A stretch of 64,000 nt of DNA, from the NCBI RefSeq assembly GCF_963921235.1, contig NC_086097.1, forward strand, positions 182,158,001 through 182,222,000, written 5' to 3'. Shown in pieces: positions 11,296-25,275 of this stretch. Positions within the stretch are counted from its first letter, which is position 1; every line of letters begins with the position of its first letter. The notes under the pieces are model-generated. The model did no database searches. It saw only the letters and a program-made list of their open reading frames with translations, and was not told where the DNA came from. The position numbers and the translations under genes were made by a program. The stretch is from Mobula hypostoma (taxonomy: Eukaryota).

Positions 11296-14284
11296 CCTCC
11301 TGCTTTCTGTCCTCCTCCCCGAATGATTTCCCCCATGCTCCTTCCCACAATCTGCTGCCACCCACTTCCTGGTCACTCCTTCCTGAGCTCTGTCTTTGGT
11401 TTACTTTCTGCTTTGTGTAGAATCTTTGTATTAGGGCATGGAAATGAAGACTTGTCTGTGTCATAATTTTCTCCATAGGACCGTAACCTTTACATGTTCC
11501 CTATGAAAATATTCTTCCTAAATTGCCCTTAATTGTTTGTGATAATCTTAAATCCATGCTCTAACTCCTTATATTGCTTCTTTCCCAATGTTCCTTCATT
11601 AACAGTGTTCCATGACTATCAGATTTAAAGTCTACTGTGGGCCCATTTTCAGAACTTCTTCCTGGGATAAAAGTTTTTACCATTCTCACTCCTGAACGTT
11701 TCTACATAACACTATCTCTGTCCTACCTGCTGGTGATTGTTGCCTCACCAGGTTGATTTGGTAAAACTTCTCACAAACCCCTCTCGGCCATTGAGGTTCC
11801 TCTTGGCTGTTCATCTTTCCCTTTCTTTATGACTTCAGCTCTCTGATTTCCATTTGCTATTAGTCCCCCTGTCAGTCCGATTCCTTCATGTTGGGCATGG
11901 GCTGGGAAGGGGAAGGGACACTGTACAGTACCAGCTTCCCTAGTTACTAAGTGGTGGAGAATGGAGACTGCTATGATGAGAAATCACTCCCTTCAAATGG
12001 TGTTCAAAAGCTTCTTAATTGTCTGAGCACCTTGGAAGGTAAAGTGGTCCCAGAGCAGTCCACACGGGACAATGTGTTGTTTGAAAGTGGAAGGAAATGT
12101 GTTCTGCTGCACCATTCTGAGGAGGGAGTTAAGTCAGTGCTCACTCTCTTGATACAGTACTAGGCAGGACTGCGACACCTTTCCACAGTGGAAGAACGGA
12201 CCCCATTAACACTTGGTATGGAAGCCTGCAAGCACCTGTCATGTCACGCACAAGAGGAGCTGGATTCTTCTGGAAAGAATTTTGGGACATCTGAGGCTCA
12301 CACATTTCATCTGACCAAATCCACAGCCAGCATCCATGCCGGTGGACTCTTGCTGACCAGCTGTGTTTTACCAGAGAATCAATTGACTGACTTGAATCCA
12401 TGGAGTGTTGCCTCTCACTATAATATTAAGAGCAAACTGATTAATGTACGTTGTAACCATCGGATTGTCTTACAGTGTGCTTGGTATCTCGTCTGCTTGT
12501 TCCCTGTACAAGGAGCTGCTTCGGCTGATGCATTCCTCTGTATTCTTGTTGTAAAGCCAATAAAAACCTAAATTATGATAAAAAGTGGCGTTCAATTATT
12601 AAAATGTGAGTTGTTGCACATTTACTTTGAAGAGTTGCCTTAACTTTTTTTTGACCGTGTCTTTAAAGTGAGTTTGGTTTTATGGACAAGCACATTGAAG
12701 AGGTGTGTTCTGTCCGGAGTGGTCTGGGGGGAGTTGCGGATAGAGACATCCTTCAGGTGAACTTTGCCTCTCAGCCTGACTGACCACTGGAGCAGGGAGG
12801 GACTGCAACAGTTCAATGATAAACACACTGCTTGCCTGAGAGTGGGCCACTCAGCAAGTTATAGTGGGTTGACCACACTGTCTTTAATCTTTTCTGTATC
12901 AAGTTTTCTTGGGGGGGGGGTGTAGGTGGGATTAAGCTAGTTTACTGACATTGGCCTCCATCGAGTCTCCCTGCTGCACCGTCACCAGGATCCTGACCCC
13001 TGTATCATTGGGCGACACAATCACAAAGATTTCTGATAGAAGCTTGACAGAAGGTTGTCGAGCCATTGATATGTGCTGAAACTTCTAACACTGATCTTAA
13101 ACACTTTAGCACTGATGTGAAAATAATATTTAGTCAAGTCTGGGATGGAGTCACTCAATGGAATACAAACTGCAAGCTCTCTGTTTTCTCTGTTAGTGCA
13201 ACTGTTATGTCCCTCCCTCCCTCATTGATAACTTCCCTGTTCTCCTCACTCCACCAGTTTAAAGTTCTCAGTCTGCATTCACTGACTGCTCTCCAGTCAG
13301 TGAATGTGTGTGCAGCAATGTTATTTAACTTCCTGTTGAGCACCAGCAGGTGGAACTGTTGTACTGTCAGTCACTACTCTGCCACTGGCAAGTACATGCG
13401 CTGGTATAAAAGTCCATCTCTGCCGTCCACAACTCACAACTGACTGCAGTAATCTTAAATATTAAATTTCATTTAATTAGTGGTGTATCATCCAAATTGG
13501 GCAGCGATTCACTTGCTGTGAAGGTTGTTTCTCGGTGTCCCTCTCCCACAGTAAAATGTGGGATAATACAACTGTGTGTATTCATTTAATAGTAGCAGGA
13601 ATTGGCCAAATTGCCGTTTGAGCATATTCTTTGGATAAGGCCATTGCTGAACTGATCTCAGCTGCCGATCCATTTTCCTACCTAGTGTCTATAATCTCTA
13701 GCTACCAAACTCTGCTCATTTCATTCTTAAATTTATTTAATGATTCAGCCTCAGATCAATATCTAACTCAGTAATTCCAGATAACTTTCTTTTTGTGTTT
13801 ATGGTCTAGTTCTGCTGTGAGTTATCTGTCTGTAAGCGTGACTATTTTAAGCACCCCATCGGTACTGCCTCATCCGCTGGGAATCTCTAGCTTTCTCCCT
13901 TTAGTTCTAGGTCATAACAGCAGCTCTGACCTGTGCTGCTCCGATTGCCCCTTTTCCCTCGCTCTATCTGCTCTTGAACCTGACAACTACAAACATCTGA
14001 GTCACAATGGCAACCCCCAGAGCGGCTCCCCCTTGGTCCTCGCCATCTCACCCCCACCCTCTCTGCAACTTAAAACAAATCTGTTTTCTCAATTCCTTGT
14101 CCTGAAGAAGAGTCTTCAGCCTGTAACATTAATCCTCTTACTGAAATGGTACAATACAAGTACACCCTTCATAAATAAGGACACCAAAACTTTATACCAT
14201 ATCCCAAGTATGGTGTTACCAGTGCCCTATACTAGGTTTTCATATATTTATTCTCCATTGCCTTTGCAAGAAAGATAAACATTT

Positions 14285-14786
14285 CATTTGCTCAAAAACT
14301 TCTATATTTGTACCATGGAGAGCATTCTGACAGGCTACACCACTGTCTGGTATGGAGGGGCTACTGCACAGGACCGAAAGAAGCTGCAGAAGGTTGTAAA
14401 TCTAGTCAGCTTCATCTTGGGTACTAGCCTACAAAGTACTCAGGCAGCATCCGTTATTAAGGACCTCTAGCACCCAGGGCATGCCCTTTACTCTCTGTTA
14501 CCATCAGGTAGGAGGTACAGAAGCCTGAAGGCACACACTCAGCAATTCAGGAACAGCTTCCTCCCCTCTGCCATCCAATACCTAAATGGACAGTACCTCA
14601 CTTTTTTTAATATACAGTATTTCTGTTTTTGCACATTTTCTTTAATCTATTCAATATACATTATTGATTTTATTTATTATTATTTTTATTTTATTTTTTT
14701 TTCTCTGCTAGATTATGTATTGCATTGAACTGCTGCTAACAAATTTCACGTCACATGCCGGTGATAATAAACCTGATTTTGATTCT
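14285..14786 (+). mobile_element. Rex1/Babar-type LINE 3' fragment
   Basis: The ORF reads KNFYICTMESILTGYTTVWYGG...LQKVV, and the element ends in gataataaacctgattttgattct. Confidence 0.8.
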
Positions 14787-15294
14787 GCTTTCCTTACCGC
14801 CAGCTGTAGCTGTACACTGTATTTCATTGCTACTTTAGTAATGATCTACATACATGTGCTTCAGCATTCAGCAGTCTCTCTGTTTGAACGATATTCTATT
14901 TTCCTCTTCCTTCCAAGTGTATAACCTTATTTCCCACATTAGATAGAACATAGAACATTACAGGATTGGACAGAATTTGGCCCATGATGTTGTGCTGATC
15001 TTGATGCCAATTTATACTAAATGACGTTCTCCTCCTGTGTATCATTCATATCCCTCTATTCCCTTTATATACATGTGTCATATCTAAAAGCCACAAACTA
15101 GCCCTGGTAACCTGTTCCAGGTACCTACAACTCTCTACATAAATCATTTCACATGTGCCACTTGCTTTACCCCATCTGTAACCATTTTGCAGACTCTTGG
15201 CCTCTTCAAAATGTGTTTCCCCACCAGTGTCTGTAACCTCAGCAAACCTGGCAACATTACACTAAGGAAAGTAATTGGGCATTAAAATAGTTTT

Positions 15295-15530
15295 TATTTT
15301 GCAGCACGGTAACAGGCTATTCTGGCCCAACAAACCTGCCCTGCTCAATTACGCCCAAATAACCAATTAGCCTACTAACCTGTATGTGTTTGGAATATGG
15401 GAGGAAACCAGAGCACCTGGAAAAAAACTCATATGGTCATGAGGAAAGCGTACAACCTCATTACAGACAGCAGCAGAACTGAACCAGGGTTGCTAGCAGT
15501 GTAATAGCATTACGCTAACCGTTCACGACC
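15295..15530 (-). mobile_element. tRNA-derived V-SINE (HE1-like)
   Basis: It contains the antisense V-domain ttggaatatgggaggaaaccagagcacctgg and a tRNA-like head. Confidence 0.75.
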
Positions 15531-16769
15531 CTGTTTCCTGCATCTTGTCCTTCCCCCCACCCAACTACTACCATAAACCTAATCCTCTGATTGGGCCCAT
15601 TGCTCCTTTATGTCTCCTTGTGTGGTTTTCGCTGCCATTTACCTGAGAAGGCTTGTGTGAAACACTTAAGTTGTTGAGGCAGGGCATACATTCATGTTGT
15701 TGTTTTATGGACCAGCAGAGGTTGACATGTGTGTGGTGGTCTGTCTGTGGAGGTATGGAGAGGTTGTTGAAAACTTACAGAAAGGGGCCATTTGGCCCAT
15801 GATGTCTATGCTGTAAATGGCTCTTCAGCCTCAGGCCACCTTCCCATTCAAAGCCTATCAACGTTTAAGCATGACTGTCCATATGTAAATGTGGTCTATG
15901 TCTATACTTCTACTACCCTTCACACATTGAGTTTCTGGCACCCACCACCTCTCCTACTTCTCTTTAATGTGATTTTAAGCAATCCCATTTGAACTGTAAA
16001 AACATGTGAATCTATGAAATGTTTTGTTAGATCTGAGGATCCCAGTGCAGAAAACACAAAATGCTAACTTGTTGATACAGCAAGGAACTAGGAAGGGTAA
16101 TGGAATGTTTTTGAACACTCTGCTAAGGGGACAATTTCTATCCTATTTACCCTCCCTAATTTAATGCTCTTCATTTAAGTTTCCCTTAACTCCCTTTGAT
16201 CCAAAAATACTCCAGCCTGTTTGGTCTTCATTGCTACAGGTTTTCAATCCTGACATCTTCATATATCTGCTCTGCACCCACCCCATCTTTACTGTAGCAT
16301 GCTGATCATGAGTGTACTCACACCGTGGCCACCCTAATGTTGCATACAGCTCGGGCATAACCTCCCTAACTCTTGTAGTCTGTGCCTCAGCAGATACAAG
16401 ATCTGGATAAATGGGTCATTATTGGATTGGCAGGAAATAATGGAGTGCCACAGGGATCAGTGCTGGGACATCTGTTTGTCATCTGTAATAATGACATGGA
16501 CAACTGGTAATATTGCTAATACAAAGAAATAACATAAGTAATTCAAGTCCACTTAGTTTAACTTTGGTGACAGGCAAAATGTTGGCTCTGAGAACTGTGG
16601 AAGCACAAAGACATTCAGCATGGACTGACAAAACCAGGAGTGCAATCACCGTAGATGGAACTGCTTCCATTAGTTCTGAAGATCAGCTCTACTCCTGTTG
16701 GAGATAACACTATGGCACAAGAGACTGCAAAAAAATTCGGAGGCAGTGGTGCAGCCATACAACGTAGTA

Positions 16770-17230
16770 CACAGAACATTACAGTACTGGAGCAGGCCCT
16801 TTAGCCCATCATGTTTGTGCCAGATATGATCCATATCTCTCCATTCCCTATATCTTCATGTGTCTATCATGCCTCTTAAACACTACTATCATATCTGCCT
16901 CCACCACTCCCCATGTTAACCCATTCCAGACACCCACCACTTTCTATGTAAAACAAAATGCCTCACACATCCCTTCTAAACTTTTCCCCTCAGCTTAGAT
17001 GCATGCCTTTTAGTATTTGACATTACCACTCTGTGAAAAAGCTTCTGTCTATCCTGTCTATGTCTCTCATCATTGTTCCAGCACCCTAGAGAAAACAATC
17101 CAACTTTGTCCAACCTGTCCTGATAGCTCATTTCCTCAGGCCGAATCGTTCTGCACCTTCTCCAAAGCCTACATATCCTTCCAATAATGGGACAACCAGA
17201 ACATTGATCCCTGTGGAACACCACTGATTG
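16770..17230 (-). mobile_element. CR1 LINE 3' fragment
   Basis: ORF remnant EEMSYQDRLDKVGLFSLG...SNTKRHASKLRGK. Confidence 0.75.
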
Positions 17231-18229
17231 TGCATTTCCAGCCAGAATGACATCCCCCTCTTTTGTGCAGGCTTTAATCGGATCATTGTCCATATCCCCA
17301 TCAACATGAGGGTTATCTTTTCATCCCGAATGGACGTAATATTCCTTAGTTGTCCTCTTCATGGTTGTAATACAAATTCTACATGCCTGCATTTGTTGTG
17401 CCACTTCTTTGCTGTCCTGGTTATTAAGTTGTGGGCATGCTATGTTGGCACCAGAAGCATGTGGACATCAACCTCGTTGATTTGATTTAACACAAATGAC
17501 ACATTTCACTGTCTGTTTCAATGTACACGTGACAAATAAAGCTAATCTCTCCTTGCACAGGAGTAAAGAGCAATGGGTTTGTTAGCATTAATAATGGGTT
17601 TTGTGTTGCACTGTGAGCCTGTTAATCATGTTAGTGTGGGACAATCTGCGAAATATTAATGGGCTATTAATTCACCAAGCATGAGTAGGAACACTGTGTC
17701 CCAAAGTACTGTGCATACAGTAAATCACTAATGAAGTTTCAATCATTATTTAACTACTACTTGATCAGTGTTTGATGGTGTTGACCATGGACGAGTCTCA
17801 TGAAGAGCACCCCAATTTGTCTTGGAATAATGAGGGCACTTACCTGAATGGTTACAGGATTGGAAAGTTAACCTGTACCTTGATCCTTTGCAGTGAGAAA
17901 AGAGCAAAGCCTCTGACTCCAACTGAACCAAACCAAAGGTTGCATCTGATTACATCTGATTAGAATTCTGTTTGTTCTTGTGGCAGTAAATTGGAATAAA
18001 GCTCCGTGTGTGTGACGGGGGCAGGAAAGATGAGCACTCCAGTGTTCAAACCAATTGCAGGAGGTGTTTTCTACATTTTATCAGTAGGGTGGTGTGACGG
18101 CTGTGAATCACTGAGTCAATGAGGTCAGCATTTTTAGCCATTCCACCTCCTCGCTAACTGTGCTGTTTGGAGAATGTTTGAAGAGTCCCACATTAATGTA
18201 TCCTGAGACATGTTTAGGTAAATGAGGTA

Positions 18230-18450
18230 ACCATTGCTGATATCCTCCCACGAGGAACATTAGTAGACCAGATGGATTTCATGATAATCTGTTATTTATC
18301 AGGCATCATTACTCATGAGAAGTTCGTGGAAAAAAAGATACTGTTAATTGAGTTTAAATTTCCCAACTGTCCTGTTGGGATTTCAACTCTGGTTGTTGGA
18401 TTGTTCCTCCAGGTCCATGGATTACCAATCTGATAATTTAACTGCTCCTC
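18230..18450 (-). mobile_element. Old tRNA-derived SINE remnant
   Basis: The stretch gagtttaaatttcccaactgtcctgttgggatttcaactct...ggattaccaatc resembles the antisense head of an elasmobranch tRNA-SINE. Confidence 0.45.
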
Positions 18451-19899
18451 CACCTTCATATTCTGGAAATAAATGCAGAAGGAAATGTTTGTTTGACAAT
18501 AAAACAACTGGATTATTAATTTAAGAATGTACTTGGCTCATTCATGTCTGCTGCCCTCATGTGGCTTCTGCCCCACCAGCTTGTTTGACCCATATTCCCT
18601 AGACCCTCAGCTCACAGGTAATTTGTGAGAGACAATGGTGCCCAAATGTCGGGAATGGACAATGATAAGAGCATCTTCACCACTGTCCTACTTCCCTGGA
18701 GCCCCACTTGACACAATGGAAAAACTTTGAACTACAGGGAGATTGAGATGATCTGGTCAGTTGCAGTGGAAATTAATGAATGGAGTTTAATTGGGAGGAG
18801 CGTAAGTTGAAGTACTTGGGGAGGTGAAATAGGACAGTGGAACAGACAGTGAATGGAAGGGTGAACAGAGAAGTGCTTTCATTTATTAGCCAAAACTTAG
18901 GATTGAGGAGCAGGGAGATTGTTCTGGAACTGTGTACAAGACCAGTTAGACTGAAGCTTACACAGAACTCTTGCCCAGGGGGTTAGGGGCAAAGGAACGT
19001 ACAGCTGAAAGGACGGGAGAGGCAGAGACACTCATTATAGTCACACTGGACTTGGGTGTGTGTGCTGGGAGAAGGTGCGATGAGGTGGTTATCCTACCTC
19101 CCAACAGCCAGTTTTTGGGTTTTGTTGATGTTATGAGGGATGAATATTAGGAAGAACACCAGGGATCTTGTCTGATCTCACAGTATCTGCCCTGCATCCT
19201 GATCCAAAGTTTAGACCTGATATGCCAACAGTTCCTTCCCACAGAACTCCTGCAGCAGATCCTGTCTGAACTCCTGCCAGTGATGCTGTTTCATCTGTAG
19301 AGGTGGTAAGGCTCTCACACATGGTAGCACTCTGATGGGAAAGGTTGATGTTTCAGGAGCTGAACATAAAGGCAGGGATTTCTCCCGACCAGGGGAAATT
19401 GCTGGCCCCTGGCACAGATTTTTGCCTTCCTTAGCTGCATGTGATGTATTGGAAGACTTGATGGGGGCTAATGTTGTGCCTCTATTTAAGAAAGGCTGCA
19501 AGGACAAGCCAGAGAACTACAGGCTGGTGAACCTGGCATCTGTGGTGGGAAAGTTACTGGAGGGGATTCTGATTGGGAATGATGAAGGGATATGGGAACG
19601 GGGCAGGTAATATTGATCAGGACTATGAGAGGCGTTAATACTGACTTGATGGGATTACACTGCACTGTTTCTGTGATGCACAAGCAGCAACAAAATAGCA
19701 GCAGCAGGTCTTTATTATGAGCCTTTAAATGTAGTAGAATGTCCTCAGATACTTCACATGAATGATTGGCAAGATCTACTGAAAGACACAACTTTGTCAG
19801 ACTGATGCTCCTCTAGTTGTATGCAATAACTTTTAGTTCTGCACCTTATCATAAAACTGAAGGCATTGACTGCAACACACACTGCTCGTCCTCACCAGA

Positions 19900-21310
19900 T
19901 CCTCAACCTAGTGCCCTTTGTCATTTCCACCTATCACCTCCTAGGTTTTTACATTATTCCCACACCACCCCTCTCCCATCTGCCTTCCTGTCCCCTCCTC
20001 ACCTGGATCCATAAGGTAAAGGAGTAGAATTAGGTCATTCGGCTCAGCCATTCCGTCATGGTTGATTTATTATCACTCTCAAGCTCATTTTTCCTGCTTT
20101 CTCCCCGTAACCTTTGATGCCCAGACTAATCAGGAACCTTTCGAACTCCAGTTTATTTAAGCAATCTGTGGCAATAAATTCCACAGATTCACTACCCTTT
20201 GGCTAAAGAAATTCTCCTTCATCTTGTTTCTAAATGGATGCCCTTCTGAGGCTGTGCCCTCTGGTCCTAGACTCTCCCACTATGGGAAACATCCTCTCTC
20301 CATCCATTCTATTTAGGCCTTTCAGTATTCGATATGTTTCAATGAAATCCCTCTTCATTCTTCTTACAGGTGCAGAGTAATCAGGCACTCTTCAAATGTT
20401 AACCCTTCCATTCTTGGAATCATTCTCCTGAGCCTCCTCTGGCCCCTCTCCAATACCAGCATATCCTTTCTTAGATAAGAGGTCCAAAATCGCTCACAGT
20501 ACTCTGTGTGGTATGACCAATGCCTTATAAATCCTCTGCATTACATTCTTGCTTTTATATTCTAATCCTTTCGCAATGATTGCTGACATTGCATTTGCCA
20601 CTGACTCAACCCGCAAATTAACTTTTAGAGAATCCTGTACATGGACTCCCAAGTCCCTTTACAACTCTGATTTCTGAATTTGCTTCCTGTTTAGAAAATA
20701 TTTTTTCATTCTTTTTACTGAAGTGCATGACCATACATTTCCCTACACTATACTCCATCTGTAACTTCTTTGCCCATTCTCCTAATCTCTCTAAGCCCTT
20801 CTGCAGACTCCTTGCTTCCTCAACGCCACCTGCCATTCTACCTAGCTTTGTATTGTTCACAAACTTAGCCACAAAGCCGTCAACTCTGTCATCCAAATTA
20901 TTGACATATAACGTGAAAAGAAGCAGTCCTAACACTGATCCCTGTGGAACACCACTGGTCACCAGTATCCAAGCAGAAAAGGCCCACTCTTTGCCTCCTG
21001 CCAGTCAGCCAATCTTCTGTCCATGTTAGTATATTTGCTGTAATACCATGAACTCTTACCTTGTTAAGCAGCCTTAATGTGCAGCACCATGTCAAAGGCC
21101 TTCTGAAAATCCAAGGATCCAATTATCACCCGCCAGCTCTTGCTCCAACTCATCCACTCCACCTTTTTATACCCACTTCCTTTCTGGTCCTGATGAAGGA
21201 TCTTAACCTGAAACATTGACTGTTCACTGTTCATTTCCCTCCATGGATGCTGCAGTTCCTCCAGCAGTTTGTGTGTTGCTCTAGATTTCCATTATGTGCA
21301 TTCTCTCTTT
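19900..21310 (+). mobile_element. Penelope-like terminal fragment with a hammerhead motif (21185-21222), split by a CR1 insertion
   Basis: A C/T-rich tail (ccacctatcacc...) at 19900-20011 resumes at 21115 and runs into ctgatgaagg...gaaac...gatgctgc...ttcctccagca. Confidence 0.65.
20012..21114 (-). mobile_element. 5'-truncated CR1 LINE with a 7-bp TSD GGATCCA
   Basis: The RT remnant reads TSGVPQGSVLGLLLFTLYVNNLDD...KFVNNTKL. GGATCCA occurs at 20005-20011 and 21115-21121. Confidence 0.88.
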
Positions 21311-22102
21311 GATTGCAATAACTGTTTCCTTATCCACAGCATGAGTTACTTCCTCAAAAAAAACTGCCATAAATTGATCAAACATGATTTATTTTGCACA
21401 AAACCAATTTGATTTTGCATGATCACTGTGATTTTTTTCTAAATGGCCTGCTATAATGTCTTTAATAACAGCTATTAACATTTTCCCAGTGACAGAAACT
21501 AACTGTCTGGTATTTTCTACCTCCTTCAGTTGTTTTTTTTATATAAATGTTACTTGTACTGCTTTCTAATAATGGGATCACCCAGAATTCAGGGAATTTT
21601 GGAAAATTGAAACTGAAACATTGACTAACATCAGAGCACTGCAGCACACTGTGCATACCTGATCTGTGGGTGCAGTTTTTCAGGAATGACTTTCTGCTTT
21701 CTTGAATAGAACAATACACTGTAATTTTCATTTTGATTGATACAATTTTCTTTTCCCCTCGAGGGACTCGGCTGAAATACAAAGTTTTAATTTGGTCTTG
21801 ACAAGGCAGTTTGCTCTGATTGAGAAATGGCACCAGCCTGTGGAGAGAGGGTGGCTGGTCGGGAGCTGGAGTCCAGTTGCTGCAGCAGTGGCAAAGTTTG
21901 TTCATGCTTTGGATCCGGCATAGTAGTCCTGGTTGGAGTAGAATTTGAACCACCAAAGGAACGGCTAGTTATATAATATTGATTTTACCTCAACTGTAAG
22001 TACTTTTGGACACTACACCTTATGAAAGAAACATTGGCTTGTGAAGGATTCATGCATTCACCTATCAGACATGAGGGGTTCATGGGAAGAAAGGCTGTAT
22101 TC

Positions 22103-22670
22103 AGAGTCAGAATCAGGTTTATTACCATTAACTTGTATGTCATGAAATTCATTATTTTGTGGCAGCAGCCCAGTGCAAAGACATAAAAATTACCATAAAC
22201 AAAACAATAAATAAAAAATACAAAATAAGTAATTAATGCAGAAGAAAAAGAATGTTGAGGTAGTGTGCATAGGTTCACAAACTGCTCAGAAATATGATGG
22301 TGGAGGGGAAGAAGCTGTTCCTGAATCTCTGAGTGGTTCCTCAGGCTCCTGCAGCTCCTCTGTGATGGTAGTAATGAGAAGAGGGCATGTCCCGGATGGT
22401 AAATGTCCTTAACTGTGGATGCCACCTTCTTGAAGCACTGCCTCTTGAAGATGTCCTCGATGGTGCAGAGGGTTGTGCCATGATGGAGCGGGCCGAGTCT
22501 ACAACTCTCTGCAGCCTCTTTCAGTCCTGCACATTAAGCTGGGATACAACCATCAGAATGTTCTCCATTGTGCATCTGTAAAAGAAAATTGTAAGAGTCT
22601 TTGGTGACATACTGAAACTCCTCCAGCTCCTAATGAAGTAGAGTCATTGGCATGCCGCCTTTGTGGTTGC
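22103..22670 (-). mobile_element. Rex1/Babar-type LINE 3' fragment
   Basis: It has the antisense tail agagtcagaatcaggtttatt and the ORF remnant KDIYHPGHALFSLLPS. Confidence 0.8.
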
Positions 22671-23829
22671 AATGTTATGCTAGGTCCAACACATTGTGGC
22701 TAACACTGCACTTTCTGAAGAGGTTTGAGGGCAATTTATTTGAAGTGAAAGGATTTGATAAAGTGAAAGTAAACAGAATATTTTCTCATGAGGTTATAAA
22801 GCTCCGAGTAGTAAACAGTTACTTCTACTGTAGAAGCACCAGCATCTACAACGGCCATGGGTTCCCTTAAAAAACCCATGTTTCTGCTGCACATTCTACA
22901 ATTTTATAGCCAATGAAATACTTCAGAGGTCTATCAGGTTTTTGACATTGGAAATAGTTAGTGAGTGCAGGGTGGCCTCTTATTTATTTATTTATTCATT
23001 CATTCGTTCAATTAATTAATTAATTGTTTATTTTCTTCTATATTATGCATTGCATTGAACTGCTGCTGCTAAGATAACAAATTTCACGTCACATGCCGGT
23101 GATAATAAACCTGATTCTGATTCTGATTCACAAAACGCAATGTTGAAGGGAGCAGCTCTTTAGTTCTGGTGATTGTTTTTTGAGGGATCCAGGAGAGAAC
23201 TCTCCTCCCCTTCAAATTGGGCCCAGCTTCTTTGGCTACTTTGGCAATGACTTTACCAAACTAAATCTTAAAAAAAAAGTTTGGAAGGATAATAAGGAGG
23301 TTGAGACTAATATTCGGATGGAGTTATGGTTCTTCACTGTATTAGGCACAGTTTGAACACCGAGGGCAAGGCTGCTCATCTTTAGGAATAACGTCCATTG
23401 AATAATCCCATGAGTTTGGAAATTCTATATATTTATCATTCCAAAATGATAAGCCTCTTGTTTCCCACTCAGTTTCTGCTCTGTAGAAGGCAGAAGCTTC
23501 CCATATCAGCTTTTGCTGGGCACCACCCTACCCATCAACAAGGATATATATACAGAAAAGTGCTAGGAGTAAGCCAGCAATATCTTAAAGGATCCCACCC
23601 ACCCTGCTTATTTTGACTGTTTCTCCCACTCCCATCAGAGAGGGTGCTATGTAGTATCCACATCAGGACCACCAGACTCAAAAACAGTTCCTTTCCCCAA
23701 GTAGTAAGGCTGATCAACACCTCCACCCACTAACCCACCCCACAACCAATACTTTATCATTTCCTGTCAGAGCTACCTTATTTAAAGACGTACAGACAGT
23801 CCTATACCTTGCGCCACTTTATGTATATA

Positions 23830-25275
23830 CAGTGTCTATATAAGGTATTCACCCCACCCCCACTTTGAATGTTTTCATGTTTTATTTTACAACATTGAAT
23901 CACAGTGGATTTAATTTAGCTTTTTTAACGCTGATCAACAGAAAAAGACTCTTTTGTGTCAAAGTGAAAACAGATCTCTACAAAATGATCTAAATTAATT
24001 ACAAATATAAAACACAAAATAATTGATTGCATAAGTATTCACCCTCTTCAACTCAGTATTTAGTAGATGCACCTTTGGCAGCAATTACAGCCTTGAGTCT
24101 ATGTAGATAGGTCTCTATCAGCTTTGCACATCTGGCCATTGCAATTTTTCTGCATTCTTTACAAAACTGCTCAAGCTCTGTCAGATTAAATGGGGATTGT
24201 GAGTGAACAGCCCTTTTCAAGTCCTACCACAAATTCTCAATTGGATTGAGGTCTACACTCTGACTTGGCCACTCTAGAACATTAACTTTGTTGTTTTAAG
24301 CCATTCCTGTGTAGCTTTGGCTGTATGTTTGGGGTTATTGTCTTGCTGGAAAACAACACTTCTCCCAAGTCATATTTCTCTTGCAGACTGCATCAGGTTT
24401 TCCTCCAGGATTTCTCTGTATTTTGCTGCATTAATTTTACCCTGTACCTTCACAAGCCTTCCAGTGCCTGCTGCAGTGAAGATACTTTATGTACTTTATG
24501 TAAGGTACTTCCCGGTAGGGATGGTGTGTTTTTGATGATGTGTGGTGTTTGGCTTACACCAAACATAGTGTTTAGTCTGATGGTCAGAAAGTTCAATTTT
24601 TGTTTTATCAGACCATAGAACCTTCTTCCCACTGACTTCAGAGTCTCCACATGCCATCTAGCAAGCTAGCAAATCCAGCCACGATTTCATCTGAGTTTTT
24701 TTTCAATAGGACGGCCTGCTCTAAGGGAGATTTACATCTGGGCCATATTCGTTCCATTTCTTGATGATTGACTTAAATGTACTCCAAGGGATATTCCGTG
24801 TCTTGGAAATTTTCTTGTATCCATCTCCTCACTTGTGCTTTTTAATTACCCTTTCATAGAGTTGCTTGGAATGTTCTTTCATCTTCACGGTGTAGTTTTT
24901 GCCAGGATACTGACTCACCAGCATTTGCACCTTCCAGATACAGGTGTATTTTTACTACAATCAGTTGAAACACCTCGACTGCACACAGTGATCGAGACCA
25001 CTTAACTAATATATGACTTCTAAAGCCAATTGGCTGCACCAGTGATGATTTGGTGTGTTAAATTAAAGGGAGTGAATACTTATACAATCAGTTATTTTGT
25101 GTTTTATATTTGTAATTAATTAGATCACTTTGAGGAGTTTCTTTCACATTGACGCAAAAGAGTCTTTTTCTGTTGATCATTGTCAAAGTCAAATTTAGTC
25201 CAATGTGATTCAATGTAGATCAGTAAAATATGAAAACTTTCAGGGGGAGGGGGTGAATACTTTTTACAGGCACTG
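23830..25275 (-). mobile_element. Tc1-family IR/DR DNA transposon, internally deleted, inserted into a Rex1-type 3' UTR
   Basis: The ends read TA|cagtgtctatataaggtattcacccc ... ggggtgaatactttttacaggcactg|TA, with ~200-bp inverted repeats and an inner gtattcaccc repeat. Minus-strand transposase remnants read KEHSKQL...GDGYKKISK...IPWSTFKSIIKKW and CAKLIETYLHRLKAVIAAKGASTKY*. Confidence 0.9.

Noticed and set aside
11900..12400. Possible exon or Tx1/L1-like remnant (also ~53960-54240)
   Set aside because: There is no AGAP similarity, and the motifs are too decayed to assign by eye.
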